Below are positions 48,014 through 58,262 of a stretch of 64,000 nucleotides of DNA, piece after piece. The stretch's first letter is position 1; each line of letters opens with the position of its first letter. The notes under the pieces were generated by a model. That model was not told the origin of the DNA. It did not search any database and was given only the letters and a program-made list of their open reading frames with translations. The translations under genes and the position numbers were made by a program. The stretch is from Candidatus Bathyarchaeota archaeon (GTDB lineage Archaea; Thermoproteota; Bathyarchaeia; Bathyarchaeales; Bathycorpusculaceae): NCBI GenBank assembly GCA_963828195.1, contig CAWHDT010000005.1, forward strand, positions 864,001 to 928,000, in the 5' to 3' direction.

Positions 48014-48898
48014 ATGAGCAGCAACAGCAAAAGCCTCTCGATTCTCTTCGTTCTTCTCTTAGCAGTTTCGAGCCTAATGATGGCTAAACCAGCATTTGCT
48101 CAGACACCCATGTCTACAATTCCTTCTGTTCCAGCCTTCACTGTTACACTGACAAACGCATCCTACTATTCGCCCGCAACCTACTACACTGACCCTCAAA
48201 CAGGTGCGAACATCACTGTGCCTGGCTCTTTTTCAAACCTTGAAAATCTTACTTTTACTATTCAAAATCAACCTACCGCGACTTTTTACGTTATCCGATG
48301 GACCACACCCTATACGGCTGGTTGGAACAACATACATAGTTACTATGATGGACGCGTGATGAATGCAACTCTTGAATCGTCTTCTGGCTCAACAACTACA
48401 TGGGTTATTTCGGGTACATACGGCTCATTCTTGCTGTATGGTGAAAATTCAAGCCAAAGCACCTCGGTGAATGGCTACTCCTTTGCCAATTCAGATGAGA
48501 TTGAACTTAACTTTGAGAGTGGAGCTACAATAGAATTTCAGGTGCAAGCGATAAATGGTTCTCCTCAATATACGGACCCATATCCATACTTTGCTGAGGA
48601 ACAGTACTATATTATTGGTGGAGCAAGCGATTGGAGCAACACACAAACCATAGCCATACCTGCTTCTTCTGCCTCTGTTTCACCAAGTCCTACCCCTGCC
48701 CCGTCAACTTCAACGCAAACGCCTACTCCGACGCCAACCTTGACATCTGTTATCAGTGCCCTTAACCCATCGCTTGAATTAATAATTATTATAGCTCTTG
48801 TCGTAATCGTGTTCTTGTTGGTCACCATTATTATCCTAATGAGCAAGCGAAAACCCGTTAATTCAAGCCAGCAAACCGTTTCCAACGGAGGGACGTAA
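48014..48898 (+). CDS. Cell-surface protein (signal peptide, PSVP.FT motif, PT linker, C-terminal TM)
   Basis: KPAFAQ cleavage site, FQVQA, SDWSNTQTI, basic tail. Confidence 0.75.
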   Translation: MSSNSKSLSILFVLLLAVSSLMMAKPAFAQTPMSTIPSVPAFTVTLTNASYYSPATYYTDPQTGANITVPGSFSNLENLTFTIQNQPTATFYVIRWTTPYTAGWNNIHSYYDGRVMNATLESSSGSTTTWVISGTYGSFLLYGENSSQSTSVNGYSFANSDEIELNFESGATIEFQVQAINGSPQYTDPYPYFAEEQYYIIGGASDWSNTQTIAIPASSASVSPSPTPAPSTSTQTPTPTPTLTSVISALNPSLELIIIIALVVIVFLLVTIIILMSKRKPVNSSQQTVSNGGT

Positions 48899-48902
48899 AC
48901 AT

Positions 48903-49670
48903 ATGGGCAATATTAGCAAGGGTTTTGCATTATTCTTTATTCTAATCATGGTCACTTCAAGCCTAAGTCTGATAATGGTTAAACCTGCCTTTGCTCAGAC
49001 ACCTACACCTCAGCTTCAACCAATACCTTCGCCTTCTGTTCCGACGTTCACCTTGCAGCTTGCTGGTCCTTCTTTTACTGTGCCTACAACTTACTCGTTA
49101 AATCAAAGTTCGGGACAGATCGTGGCTGACAATGGCTAAACCGTTGAATACAGCTACATAGTAATAACAATTAAAAATCAACCTTTCATGCCCTATGAAG
49201 ATTTATTAGGAAATTTCATTTCTCTTTATTATAATGTTCAAATCAAAAACAGTACTACAACCAGTTGGAAGGATATTTACTCACCTGGCATAAATGCGTA
49301 TCCAACGCAGTCTACAGATTCTAATTCCACCAGCACATCAATCCTTGCAATAAGTTTTGCTGGTACCCAAGTCGATATTCAATTACAAGCAATGATTGGA
49401 TACATTAACAGTTCGTTCGAATATCCCACCTTTATCAACCCCGTTTATTCATTTGTTGGTCAAACAAGCAACTGGAGCCCAACGCAAACAGTAACTTTAC
49501 CTGCAAACATTCCCTTAAGCCTCGCACCTGCTTCGACATCTTCAACTACAACGCTATCTCCAACGCCGACCGTTCCAGAGTTATCAGCGTTAGCAATTTT
49601 GCCCATGTTCTTTGTTGTGTTCTCAATTTTGGTTATTCTCATGGTAAGAAAGCAATCCGAAATTCCATGA
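48903..49670 (+). pseudogene. Paralogous cell-surface protein with in-frame TAA at 49137
   Basis: Both ORF pieces are in the same frame; KPAFAQ, PSVPTFT, IQLQAMIG, SNWSPTQTV, VPELS+TM. Confidence 0.75.
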
Positions 49671-49703
49671 GCGAGCGCTCCTTACAAAATTAAAAATTAA
49701 AGG

Positions 49704-50318
49704 GTGAATATGCTGATTAATCCTCCAAAGAACTACTTATTGAAAAGCAATCGAATTCTTTTTTCCATCTTAACATTGCTGCTTCTTTGTAGCTTGATTG
49801 TTTTTGCGCAACCACCCGTTTACGGCCAATCGTCTGGCGCTTACGGCCCAGTTTCTTCCTTTAGCATTATAATGAATACCGCCCCACCTTCTGGGGTTTC
49901 TTTCGGAATTTGGATTTTCGCTAAGGATTCACAGGGGAATGACGTTACCAACTTTACAGGCACTGTTAATTTGACAATATCTTCTGATGACGGCGGAGTA
50001 ATTTCGTTGACATCAGGGAACTTTGGGAGAGGTCAATGGTGGCAACTAGTAACTCTATATTGGCCGGGTCATGTCACAGTCTTAGTTGACGATGGAAATG
50101 GGCACACAGGCTTTGGACAACTTGATGTCCAACCGCCTCTTCCAACTCCTACATCATCGCCCACGCCAACCCCAACACAACCCCCAACGCCAACAATTGC
50201 CCCGACTCCAACCGTTCCTGAGTTATCGTGGTTAGTAATTTTGCTTTTGTTTTTTTCTGTGTTCTCAATTTTGGTAATGCTTAGGTTAAGAAAGCAAGCT
50301 CAAGCATCTTCGCCTTAG
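49704..50318 (+). CDS. Cell-surface protein with VPELS+TM+basic sorting-like tail
   Basis: Ig-like body, PT linker, PTVPELSWLVILL..RLRK. Confidence 0.7.
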   Translation: MNMLINPPKNYLLKSNRILFSILTLLLLCSLIVFAQPPVYGQSSGAYGPVSSFSIIMNTAPPSGVSFGIWIFAKDSQGNDVTNFTGTVNLTISSDDGGVISLTSGNFGRGQWWQLVTLYWPGHVTVLVDDGNGHTGFGQLDVQPPLPTPTSSPTPTPTQPPTPTIAPTPTVPELSWLVILLLFFSVFSILVMLRLRKQAQASSP

Positions 50319-50403
50319 CTGCTTCTGTTTTATTGTTGAAAAATGGCTGTTCCGAAACCTAAAATAAGCTGGCGACAAAATTATAGCCATTTGAGGCAGA
50401 ATC

Positions 50404-51657
50404 TTGTCATCCATTATTGAGGACCTCATTGCAAGAAAAATTTTCAATAATCGCGGAGAAGAAACAATAGAGGTTGATGTAATCACCACGGGCGGCTTCG
50501 GACGGGCATCTGCTCCCGCTGGAAAAAGCCGCGGAAAAACCGAAGTGACCTATTACCCTCAGGGCGGAGTTGAGGCTGCCGTAAAAAAAGTTGACGATTT
50601 AATCGCGCCTGAGCTTGCAGGGTTGAACAGTGATTTTCAAGAGGAAATCGACAACACACTGCACGAGTTAGACGGCACCGCAGACTTCAAAAACATCGGG
50701 GGAAACACCGCGTGCGCCATCTCGCTGGCAAACGCGGAAGCAGCAGCGAACTCTCATGGTTTACTGTTATTCCAGTTTATCGGCGGAAACGCGGCGACAA
50801 CGCTGCCTTACCCATTGGGCAACTGCATAAGCGGCGGTGAACATGCACGGGGCAAAGCGCCTGACATTCAAGAGTATTTGGCGTTGCCGCATGGAGCTGA
50901 AACGTTTCTTGAAGCCCAAACCGCCAACACCCAAATCCACCACAAAATCGGCGAGACACTAAAGAAGAGAAACAGCCAGTTTAACGGCGGAAAAAGCGAC
51001 GAGGGCGCATGGATAGCCAACATAGACACTGTGGATGCTTTTGACGTTATCGCTAAAGCCTGCGAAGAAGTCGGCAACGAGATGGATTTTGAATGCGGCT
51101 TCGGCATTGATGTGGCTGCTTCCTCGTTTTGGAAGCCTAAGGAAGAAAAATACGTTTACACTAATGAAGGCAAAAAGCGTGACTCAGCTGAACAACTCGA
51201 ATTCATGCTGGAGCTGATCGAGAAGTACCATCTTGCCTATGTGGAAGACCCTTTCCATGAGGAGGATTTTGAAAGCTTCGCTGCTTTAACCCGCAAAGCC
51301 AAAAACTGCTTGATCTGCGGGGATGATTTGTTCACTACGAATACTGAAAGGTTAAATAATGGAATAAAGATTAACGCTGGAAACGCCATCATAATAAAAG
51401 TCAACCAGATAGGCACGGTGTCTGATGCAGCGCAAACGATTGAAACTGCACAGCGGTACGGCTACGACCCCGTCATGTCGCATCGTTCAGGAGACACGTG
51501 TGATTGGCACATCGCTCATTTGGCTGTCGCCTACAACTGTCCCCTAATCAAAACAGGCGTTGTTGAAGGCGCACGCATAGCCAAACTAAACGAGCTAATC
51601 AGAATCGAGCATTTCCTCGGCACAAGAGCCAAAATGGCTGATTTAAAAATACGTTAA
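50404..51657 (+). CDS. eno: Enolase
   Basis: NRGEETIEVD, DIQE, DEG, EDP, GDDLF, IKVNQIG, SHRSGDT. Confidence 0.95.
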   Translation: MSSIIEDLIARKIFNNRGEETIEVDVITTGGFGRASAPAGKSRGKTEVTYYPQGGVEAAVKKVDDLIAPELAGLNSDFQEEIDNTLHELDGTADFKNIGGNTACAISLANAEAAANSHGLLLFQFIGGNAATTLPYPLGNCISGGEHARGKAPDIQEYLALPHGAETFLEAQTANTQIHHKIGETLKKRNSQFNGGKSDEGAWIANIDTVDAFDVIAKACEEVGNEMDFECGFGIDVAASSFWKPKEEKYVYTNEGKKRDSAEQLEFMLELIEKYHLAYVEDPFHEEDFESFAALTRKAKNCLICGDDLFTTNTERLNNGIKINAGNAIIIKVNQIGTVSDAAQTIETAQRYGYDPVMSHRSGDTCDWHIAHLAVAYNCPLIKTGVVEGARIAKLNELIRIEHFLGTRAKMADLKIR

Positions 51658-51671
51658 GTGAAGATGAAAAA

Positions 51672-52430
51672 ATGTCTGAAGACGAAAATAAAGCGAATGA
51701 ACCAGTAGAGAACGAAGAGGAAAACCAAGAGGCACCTCTCGAAGAAGAAACTTTCCAAGAGGAACAACCCGCAGAAGCTGAAGAAGAAACCCCGAAGGAA
51801 GCCCCGCCTGCAGAGGAGCTCCTCTTACCGAGAGATACCCTGCTTTCCGCAGGCATCCACATTGGCACAAGGACGAAAACCCTTGACATGGAACCCTTCA
51901 TTTACCGTGTTCGCCCGGACGGGTTATTTGTGCTTGACGTTAAAAAAACGGATGATCGAATCAGGGTCACCGCAAAATTCCTTTCACGCTACGAACACGC
52001 AAAAGTAGCCGTAGCAGCGACAAGGCTGTACGCTCAGGAACCTGTCAAAAAATTCTGTGAACTAACAGGTTCAACACCGCTTATCGGCCGCTTTATCCCG
52101 GGGCAGCTTTCTAATCCGCAGTACCCAGGCAGAATTGACCCTGAAGTCATACTTGTTTCAGATCCAAGAGCAGACGCACAAGCCGTTAAAGAAGCCTCAA
52201 AAGTCGGCATTCCAATCGTCGCATTATGCAGCACAGACAACGAGTTTTCAGGCGTAGACCTTGTTATCCCAACAAACAACAAGGGCAGACGAGCATTAGC
52301 CGTCATATTCTGGCTACTTACAAGGCAAATCCTCCGCGAAAGAGGCGAATTAGCCCAAGACAAAGACCCACCAGCAACCATAGATGATTTCGAAGCTAAA
52401 GTCACAAGAGAAGAGGAGGAGGAACCCTAA
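51672..52430 (+). CDS. rps2: 30S ribosomal protein uS2 with acidic N-terminal extension
   Basis: AGIHIGT, GRFIPG, DLVIPTNNKG. Confidence 0.96.
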   Translation: MSEDENKANEPVENEEENQEAPLEEETFQEEQPAEAEEETPKEAPPAEELLLPRDTLLSAGIHIGTRTKTLDMEPFIYRVRPDGLFVLDVKKTDDRIRVTAKFLSRYEHAKVAVAATRLYAQEPVKKFCELTGSTPLIGRFIPGQLSNPQYPGRIDPEVILVSDPRADAQAVKEASKVGIPIVALCSTDNEFSGVDLVIPTNNKGRRALAVIFWLLTRQILRERGELAQDKDPPATIDDFEAKVTREEEEEP

Positions 52431-52434
52431 ACAG

Positions 52435-53286
52435 TTGCCGACGATTCGGCGCCCCACCGTAGCAGGTCAATTTTATGAAGGCGACGCCGAAGCGCTCAGA
52501 GCACAAATTAAAAACTGTTTCCTCCACAAGATAGGTCCACAGAAACTTCCAGAAGTAAACTTGAATTCTAAGCCGCGAAACATCGTTGGCTTGATTTGCC
52601 CCCACGCAGGCTACATGTATTCTGGCCCCGTGGCAGCGTCGGCTTTTTACGAGTTAGCCCTAGACGGCAAACCTGACACCGTGGTGCTTCTGGGTCCAAA
52701 CCACACTGGTTACGGCGGCGCTTTAAGCTTGATGAATGAAGGCGTCTGGCGGACTCCGCTGGGCGACATAGAAATCAACACTGAAATAGCAAACCAAATA
52801 ACCCAAGAAACCAGCCTCATCGACGTGGACGAACTCGCTCACCGCCGTGAACATTCTATCGAGGTCCAGTTGCCCTTTCTGCAGTTCCTCTACGGCAACG
52901 CATTCAAGATTGTACCGATCTGTTTCTTAATGCAGGATTACGATTCCGCCGTTGAAGTAGGCATGGCGCTTGAGGAAGTTTTAGACGCCACAAACACCGT
53001 GGTTATCGCTTCTTCTGACATGACCCATTATGAACCAGCCAAAACCGCGGCGGCAAAAGACCAAGCTGCACTCAAAGCCGTCACAGACATGGATGCAAAA
53101 CGCTTCTACGAAACGGTTGAAGCAAAAAACGTCACAGCCTGCGGTTACGCGCCCATAACAGCCCTAATCACATACGCAAACGGGGTCTGCGCTAAGGCGG
53201 AACTGCTGAACTACCACAACAGCGGCGACATAACAGGCGACCACTCAAGCGTGGTAGGCTATGCGGCGGTCAGCTTCAGAAAATAA
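52435..53286 (+). CDS. MEMO1 / AmmeMemoRadiSam protein B
   Basis: VAGQFY, PHAGYMYSG, EHSIEVQLPFLQ, ASSDMTHY. Confidence 0.93.
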   Translation: MPTIRRPTVAGQFYEGDAEALRAQIKNCFLHKIGPQKLPEVNLNSKPRNIVGLICPHAGYMYSGPVAASAFYELALDGKPDTVVLLGPNHTGYGGALSLMNEGVWRTPLGDIEINTEIANQITQETSLIDVDELAHRREHSIEVQLPFLQFLYGNAFKIVPICFLMQDYDSAVEVGMALEEVLDATNTVVIASSDMTHYEPAKTAAAKDQAALKAVTDMDAKRFYETVEAKNVTACGYAPITALITYANGVCAKAELLNYHNSGDITGDHSSVVGYAAVSFRK

Positions 53287-53324
53287 GTGCCTAAAATTTT
53301 TGGGTCAAATCGAAACTGGATTGT

Positions 53325-53978
53325 TTATATTGAGTCCCATCGGGTGAGGGCTTCTTGCCGTTTCTTTTCGTCTTTAAGCTGCTGTATCTCCTCGAATAAG
53401 CTGATTGCACGAGTGAACTCTGCATCGTATTGTTGAATTGTAATCTGCATTTCTCTGCTCCAGCTCAGAAGATGGGGATAACAGGGAACTATTTGTTTTC
53501 CGCCTGCGGGTGTTTCGAACCAGAATTCTTTGAACGCGCCGGTGTTGCTTTTAGTTGTAATGTTAAAGCCAAATTCCTCTAGCACCGCACCCAAATGCCC
53601 CAGTATGTGTCTCACAGCGTGGTCAAGAACTTCTGAGTACCTGTCGGCTACCTGCTTATACTTGTCAATTGGGTCATGCATCCCCGGTTTTAGGTGCCAC
53701 CACAACGCTGGGTTATCCAATTCGTCTCGAACTATTTTTTCTGTGTTTTTAACTAATTCGTTGACTTTAGTTTTCATTCTTGCTATTTTTTCTTCGCTCA
53801 TTTTTAAGGTGATTTCAGGGGACTTGGTGACGTATTCTTTGGCGGTTTTCCTGTACCATTCAAACGTGAAATCAACTGTCTGTTCAGTAAATTCTTTTTT
53901 TAGTTCTTCCATGTGTGAGCGAAGAGGCGAAAGCTCTGCTTCTTTTCTCTCGATTAAAACGTTTGTTTCTTCATTCAT
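53325..53978 (-). CDS. Hypothetical helical protein
   Basis: 217-aa ORF, coiled-coil-like ends. Confidence 0.6.
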   Translation of the reverse strand: MNEETNVLIERKEAELSPLRSHMEELKKEFTEQTVDFTFEWYRKTAKEYVTKSPEITLKMSEEKIARMKTKVNELVKNTEKIVRDELDNPALWWHLKPGMHDPIDKYKQVADRYSEVLDHAVRHILGHLGAVLEEFGFNITTKSNTGAFKEFWFETPAGGKQIVPCYPHLLSWSREMQITIQQYDAEFTRAISLFEEIQQLKDEKKRQEALTRWDSI

Positions 53979-54637
53979 TCCCCGGAAACCTCAAACGCCC
54001 CATTTTTCGAACACGTTGCCAGAATATTTCTATATTGCTTAGGTCATAAAAGACTTTTTAACTATCAATTCATCTTTACCGAATAACTGGCCCCACCATT
54101 ACGTGGGGAGCCTGGGGGTTACAAAAGTAATCAAGCGGCAAGTCACTATATAACTAAGCGGTTGTTGCATCATGCTGTAACCACATTACCTTATATTTTC
54201 TAACCACATAACTATGTTCAAGCGAGAAAGGTACGCGGAGATTGCCAGCAAAAGTTGGGCGATCTGGCTGCTGACACGAGACAAGGCGTCTTGCCCACCA
54301 AACTTTTATGCCTTGTCCGTGCAAGCACATGGCTTGACCGACCTAACCTCTCTTTTTGCCCCTCAACACAAGCGTCAAGCTTGCAACATCCACGAAGGGA
54401 TGTTTTTTATTTGGATATGCAATAGCTTCCGTTCAAGGTGCAACTATAAATGGGTAAAGGGTCAGGTTGTGGAAAACCATTCGACGAACGCTCTGATAAT
54501 TAAAGTTTTTTGCCTTGCTCTTTAGTAGCTCCGCTTGGCTAAGTCGGCAAGTTCTCTTTCTCTTCCAAAAGAAACTTCGGGTCGTGTTTGGTTGGTAATT
54601 CAAACAGGGTTGCTACGTTAATCCTTCCGATATCGAT

Positions 54638-54688
54638 GTGATACTTAGTATCACGTGATACTTAGTATGATATGATACTTAGTATAAC
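54638..54688. repeat. Three tandem 17-bp near-palindromes (RTGATACTTAGTATNAY)
   Basis: 54638-54654, 54655-54671, 54672-54688. Confidence 0.85.
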
Positions 54689-54798
54689 ATGGTCTTTTAC
54701 ATTGCGCTGAAAGAAGGATATCAAGCTGCACCTAAGCCCTGAAAAAGAATGTTTTTATTACAAATACGGTAATAGCTACACTTTAAGGTGTAAAGCAA

Positions 54799-55740
54799 AT
54801 GGGTAAAGGGTCAGGCTACGGAAAAGTAATTTTGTTTGGCGAACACTTCGTCGTTCACGGCGTCCCCGGCGTTGTTTCTGCAATTGACTCCACAACTGAC
54901 GCCGAAGTAAAGAAGGCGGCAAAAGGAATCAACGTTAAAGACGAGCGGAAAACCGCTAAGGGTTACAGCGAAGAAAAACGGCTCCAGCAAATCGAATCAA
55001 TCGAGCGAATGCTAAAAGCCATGGGCATCGACCCGAAAACTGGGCTCGACATTTGGATTGGCGGAACTCTCCCGGGTTTCAGCGGGTTGGGCGCTTCTGC
55101 AGCAAGCAGCGTTGCCATCGCAAGAGCCGTAGCCCAAGAGCTAGGCATGCAAATTTCCGATGAAAAAATTAATCAAATCGCTTATGAGGCGGAGAAAGCC
55201 TACGCTGGCAACCCCTCAGGCATCGACAACACTGCCGCAACTTACGGCGGGTTAATGTGGTTTAAAAAAGACACGGCTGGTGGAGGAGACAAGATTGAAA
55301 AGCTGCACGTGCGCAGGCCAATCGAAATTGTCATCGGCAGCACGGGCAAAGTCGCAAACACCAAAGCCATGGTGGAAGGCGTCGCCGAACGCAAAAAAAA
55401 GAACCCGACAAAATATGACCCGATTTTTACGCAAGCTGAGAACGTGGCGTTTGCAGGGCGGAAAGCCTTGGAAAATTACGACCTTAAAAAAGTGGGGGAA
55501 CTTATGAATGAGAACCATCGGCTGCTCCAAGAAATCGGGGTATCCAGCAAAGAACTCGACATGCTGGTTGATTTAGCTCGAAAGCAAGGCGCCTTCGGCG
55601 CGAAACTCACAGGGGGAGGCGGGGGCGGCTGCATGGTGGCGTTGACGCCGGGAAAGGAGCTGCAGGGAAAAGTTTTAAGCGCCATAAAATACTTGGGCTT
55701 TGAAGTGCTGAGCACAAAGATCGGCGTTGAAAAATACTAG
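54799..55740 (+). CDS. mvk: Mevalonate kinase
   Basis: GKVILFGEHFVVHG, GLGASAA, PSGIDN, GAKLTGGGGGG. Confidence 0.93.
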   Translation: MGKGSGYGKVILFGEHFVVHGVPGVVSAIDSTTDAEVKKAAKGINVKDERKTAKGYSEEKRLQQIESIERMLKAMGIDPKTGLDIWIGGTLPGFSGLGASAASSVAIARAVAQELGMQISDEKINQIAYEAEKAYAGNPSGIDNTAATYGGLMWFKKDTAGGGDKIEKLHVRRPIEIVIGSTGKVANTKAMVEGVAERKKKNPTKYDPIFTQAENVAFAGRKALENYDLKKVGELMNENHRLLQEIGVSSKELDMLVDLARKQGAFGAKLTGGGGGGCMVALTPGKELQGKVLSAIKYLGFEVLSTKIGVEKY

Positions 55741-57057
55741 GTGAGCAACTTGGGCTTTAGAAACTTTATAGAAGCGCTGGACAAAAAGGGCGAATTAAAA
55801 AGAATCACAAAACCAGTTTCCACCGAGTACGAGTTGGCTGGGATAATCAGCGCTCTCGGCGAGAAGCCTGTTTATTTTGAGAAAGTGAAGGAGTCAACTT
55901 ACCCCGTTGTAGCGGGACTTGTCTCCTCGAAAGAATTAATCGCAGAAGCGCTGGGGATACCCAAAGACAGGTTGCTGCCTAAACTTTCCAGCGCCATCGA
56001 GCATCCTGCTCCTCCGCAAACAGCTGAAAAAGGCAGCTGCCAAGAAACCGTGGAGCCCGACGTTGACTTAACCAAACTGCCAATAATGCGTTACACGGAG
56101 AAGGACGGGGGAAAATACATTGCTTCAGCAGTAACCATTGTTAAAGACCCAGAGTTGGGCAGAAACATGTGTTTCCACCGTCTGATGCTTAGGGACAAAA
56201 ACCACTTCGTCGCCCGCATCGTGGAAGACCGCGGCACCGACACAGCGCTCAAAAAAACAGGCGGCGAACTCGACATAGCCATCTGCATCGGCAACTCAAC
56301 AGCCGTACTGCTTTCAGCCGCCACTTCTCTGCCCAAAGGCGTGGATGAACTAGGTATGGCTAATGCGCTGGAAAAAACTGAAGTGGTGAAATGTAAAACC
56401 GTCGATTTGGAGGTGCCGGCGGATTGCGAGTTTGTGCTTGAGGGGCGCATCACCAAAGAGAAGGCTTCTGAGGGTCCATTTCTTGATTTAACAGGCGTCG
56501 TTGACCGCGTACGCCAGCAGCCAATCATAGAAATCAAATGCGTTACTCATCGAAAGAACCCGATTTACCAAACCATACTTGCAGGCAAAAACGAGCACAA
56601 GTTCCTAATGGGCATGCCAAAAGAACCCACCATCTTCAACGAAGTCAACAAGGTCTGCCAATGCAGAGACGTCTATATCACGCCTGGCGGATGCAGTTGG
56701 CTTCACGCTGTGGTGCAAATCAAAAAACAAAACGTTGACGACGGCAAAAAAGCAATTGCCGCCGCGTTTGAAGGACACAAATCACTCAAGCACTGCGTCA
56801 TAGTTGATGAAGACATTAACATTTACGACCCGCACGACGTGGAGTGGGCTATCGCAACAAGGTTCCAAGCCGACAAAAACACAGTTATTCTTTCTAATCA
56901 GCCTGGCTCATCACTTGACCCCTCAGGCGACTTAACAGAAGGCAAAAAAGCCACCACCGCCAAAGCCGGCTTAGACGTGACTGCCCCGCTTGTGACAACG
57001 GGGAAGGGTTTCAAGAAAGAAGAATACGTAAAAGTGGACTTAAACAGGTACCTGTGA
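55741..57057 (+). CDS. UbiD family decarboxylase, probable anhydromevalonate phosphate decarboxylase
   Basis: EGPFLD, VEWAIATRFQ, GSSLDPS; context between mvk and aconitase X. Confidence 0.82.
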   Translation: MSNLGFRNFIEALDKKGELKRITKPVSTEYELAGIISALGEKPVYFEKVKESTYPVVAGLVSSKELIAEALGIPKDRLLPKLSSAIEHPAPPQTAEKGSCQETVEPDVDLTKLPIMRYTEKDGGKYIASAVTIVKDPELGRNMCFHRLMLRDKNHFVARIVEDRGTDTALKKTGGELDIAICIGNSTAVLLSAATSLPKGVDELGMANALEKTEVVKCKTVDLEVPADCEFVLEGRITKEKASEGPFLDLTGVVDRVRQQPIIEIKCVTHRKNPIYQTILAGKNEHKFLMGMPKEPTIFNEVNKVCQCRDVYITPGGCSWLHAVVQIKKQNVDDGKKAIAAAFEGHKSLKHCVIVDEDINIYDPHDVEWAIATRFQADKNTVILSNQPGSSLDPSGDLTEGKKATTAKAGLDVTAPLVTTGKGFKKEEYVKVDLNRYL

Positions 57058-58262
57058 CAAACATGCAGTTAACTAAGCAAGAACAAAAGATGCTTGAAGG
57101 CGAAGAAGGCTACGCAGTTCGCAAAAGCATGGAAATCCTCACTGCACTCGGAGACATTTACGGGGCAAAAAGCCTCATCAAAGTCGGCAGCGTCCAAGTG
57201 GCAGGCGTATCCTACAGTAACCTCGGAGATGCAGGCTTAGAATTTCTGAATGAGTTGGCAAAAGACGGCAAAGTCCGCGTTCTCACAACGCTCAACCCCG
57301 CCGGGATGGATTTGGAAAACTGGCGTAACCTCGGCATAAGCCCCGAGTTCGCTGAGAAACAAAACCTTGTCATTGACGCTTTTCAGCGCATGGGCATACT
57401 GGTCAGCTGCACCTGCACCCCCTACCTGATCGGCAACCTGCCCCTCTTCGGCGAACACGTCGCATGGTCAGAAAGCTCCGCAGTCACCTTCGCGAACTCG
57501 GTGATTGGCGCAAAAACAAACAAGGAAGGAGGACCATCGGCGTTGGCTGCAGCATTCGTTGGGAAAACGCCCTGTTACGGGCTGCATCTGGATGAAAACA
57601 GAGTTCCCGACATCCATGTCCAAGTAAACGCGGAGTTAACCAAGCTTTCAGATTGGGGCGCATTGGGCTATGCGATTGGCAAAAAAGCCGAAAACAAAAT
57701 CCCCTACATAACAGGCATAAAAACCACCGATTTGGACGAACTCAAATCTTTCTGTGCTTCAGTCGTTACTTATGGCGCTAAACCGCTCTTCTACATCAAA
57801 GGCATAACACCTGCCGCAGAGCAGCAAACCCCGCCAAAAGAAACAGTGACGATCGACAACGCCGACATTAAAAACGCTTACGACAACATCAACGACCAAG
57901 TAAACGACATAGAACTGGTTTGCGTCGGATGCCCGCACTGTTCAATTAACGAAATCGCCAAAGTCGCTGAGCTGATTGCGGGTAAAAAGGTGGCTGGCGG
58001 CACGGAGTTTTGGGTTGCAACCTCTCGAACGGCTAAGCAGTTGGCGGATAAGCGTGGCTACACGCAAGTTATCGAGGCAGCTGGAGCCAAATTTGCCTGC
58101 GACACATGCATGGCTGTTGCGCCGCTGAAGGGCAGGTTCAAGTCTTTGGCGACGACGTCTGCGAAAGGCTGCTTCTATTCGAGGCAGAACTTGATGAAAA
58201 CGAAAATGGGCAGCATCGAAGAATGCGTAGATGCGGCGGTGACTGGAAAATGGAGCAGCTGA
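57054..58262 (+). CDS. Aconitase X catalytic subunit, probable phosphomevalonate dehydratase large subunit
   Basis: CTCTPY, WSESSA, ANSVIGA, GCPHCS, DTCM. Confidence 0.88.
   Translation: MTNMQLTKQEQKMLEGEEGYAVRKSMEILTALGDIYGAKSLIKVGSVQVAGVSYSNLGDAGLEFLNELAKDGKVRVLTTLNPAGMDLENWRNLGISPEFAEKQNLVIDAFQRMGILVSCTCTPYLIGNLPLFGEHVAWSESSAVTFANSVIGAKTNKEGGPSALAAAFVGKTPCYGLHLDENRVPDIHVQVNAELTKLSDWGALGYAIGKKAENKIPYITGIKTTDLDELKSFCASVVTYGAKPLFYIKGITPAAEQQTPPKETVTIDNADIKNAYDNINDQVNDIELVCVGCPHCSINEIAKVAELIAGKKVAGGTEFWVATSRTAKQLADKRGYTQVIEAAGAKFACDTCMAVAPLKGRFKSLATTSAKGCFYSRQNLMKTKMGSIEECVDAAVTGKWSS

Noticed and set aside
49137-49139. Stop-codon recoding in the surface-protein gene
   Set aside because: Codon is TAA, not TAG/TGA; a TAC-to-TAA change or sequencing error is simpler
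46516-51657. Enolase as part of the fluoride regulon
   Set aside because: Opposite strand, separated by the surface-protein array, and part of the conserved eno-rps2 cluster
54214-54525. 103-aa ORF in the gap before mvk
   Set aside because: No motif, no SD, composition unlike real genes here
54638-54688. Mini-CRISPR array
   Set aside because: Units are 17 bp and directly adjacent with no spacers; no cas genes in window
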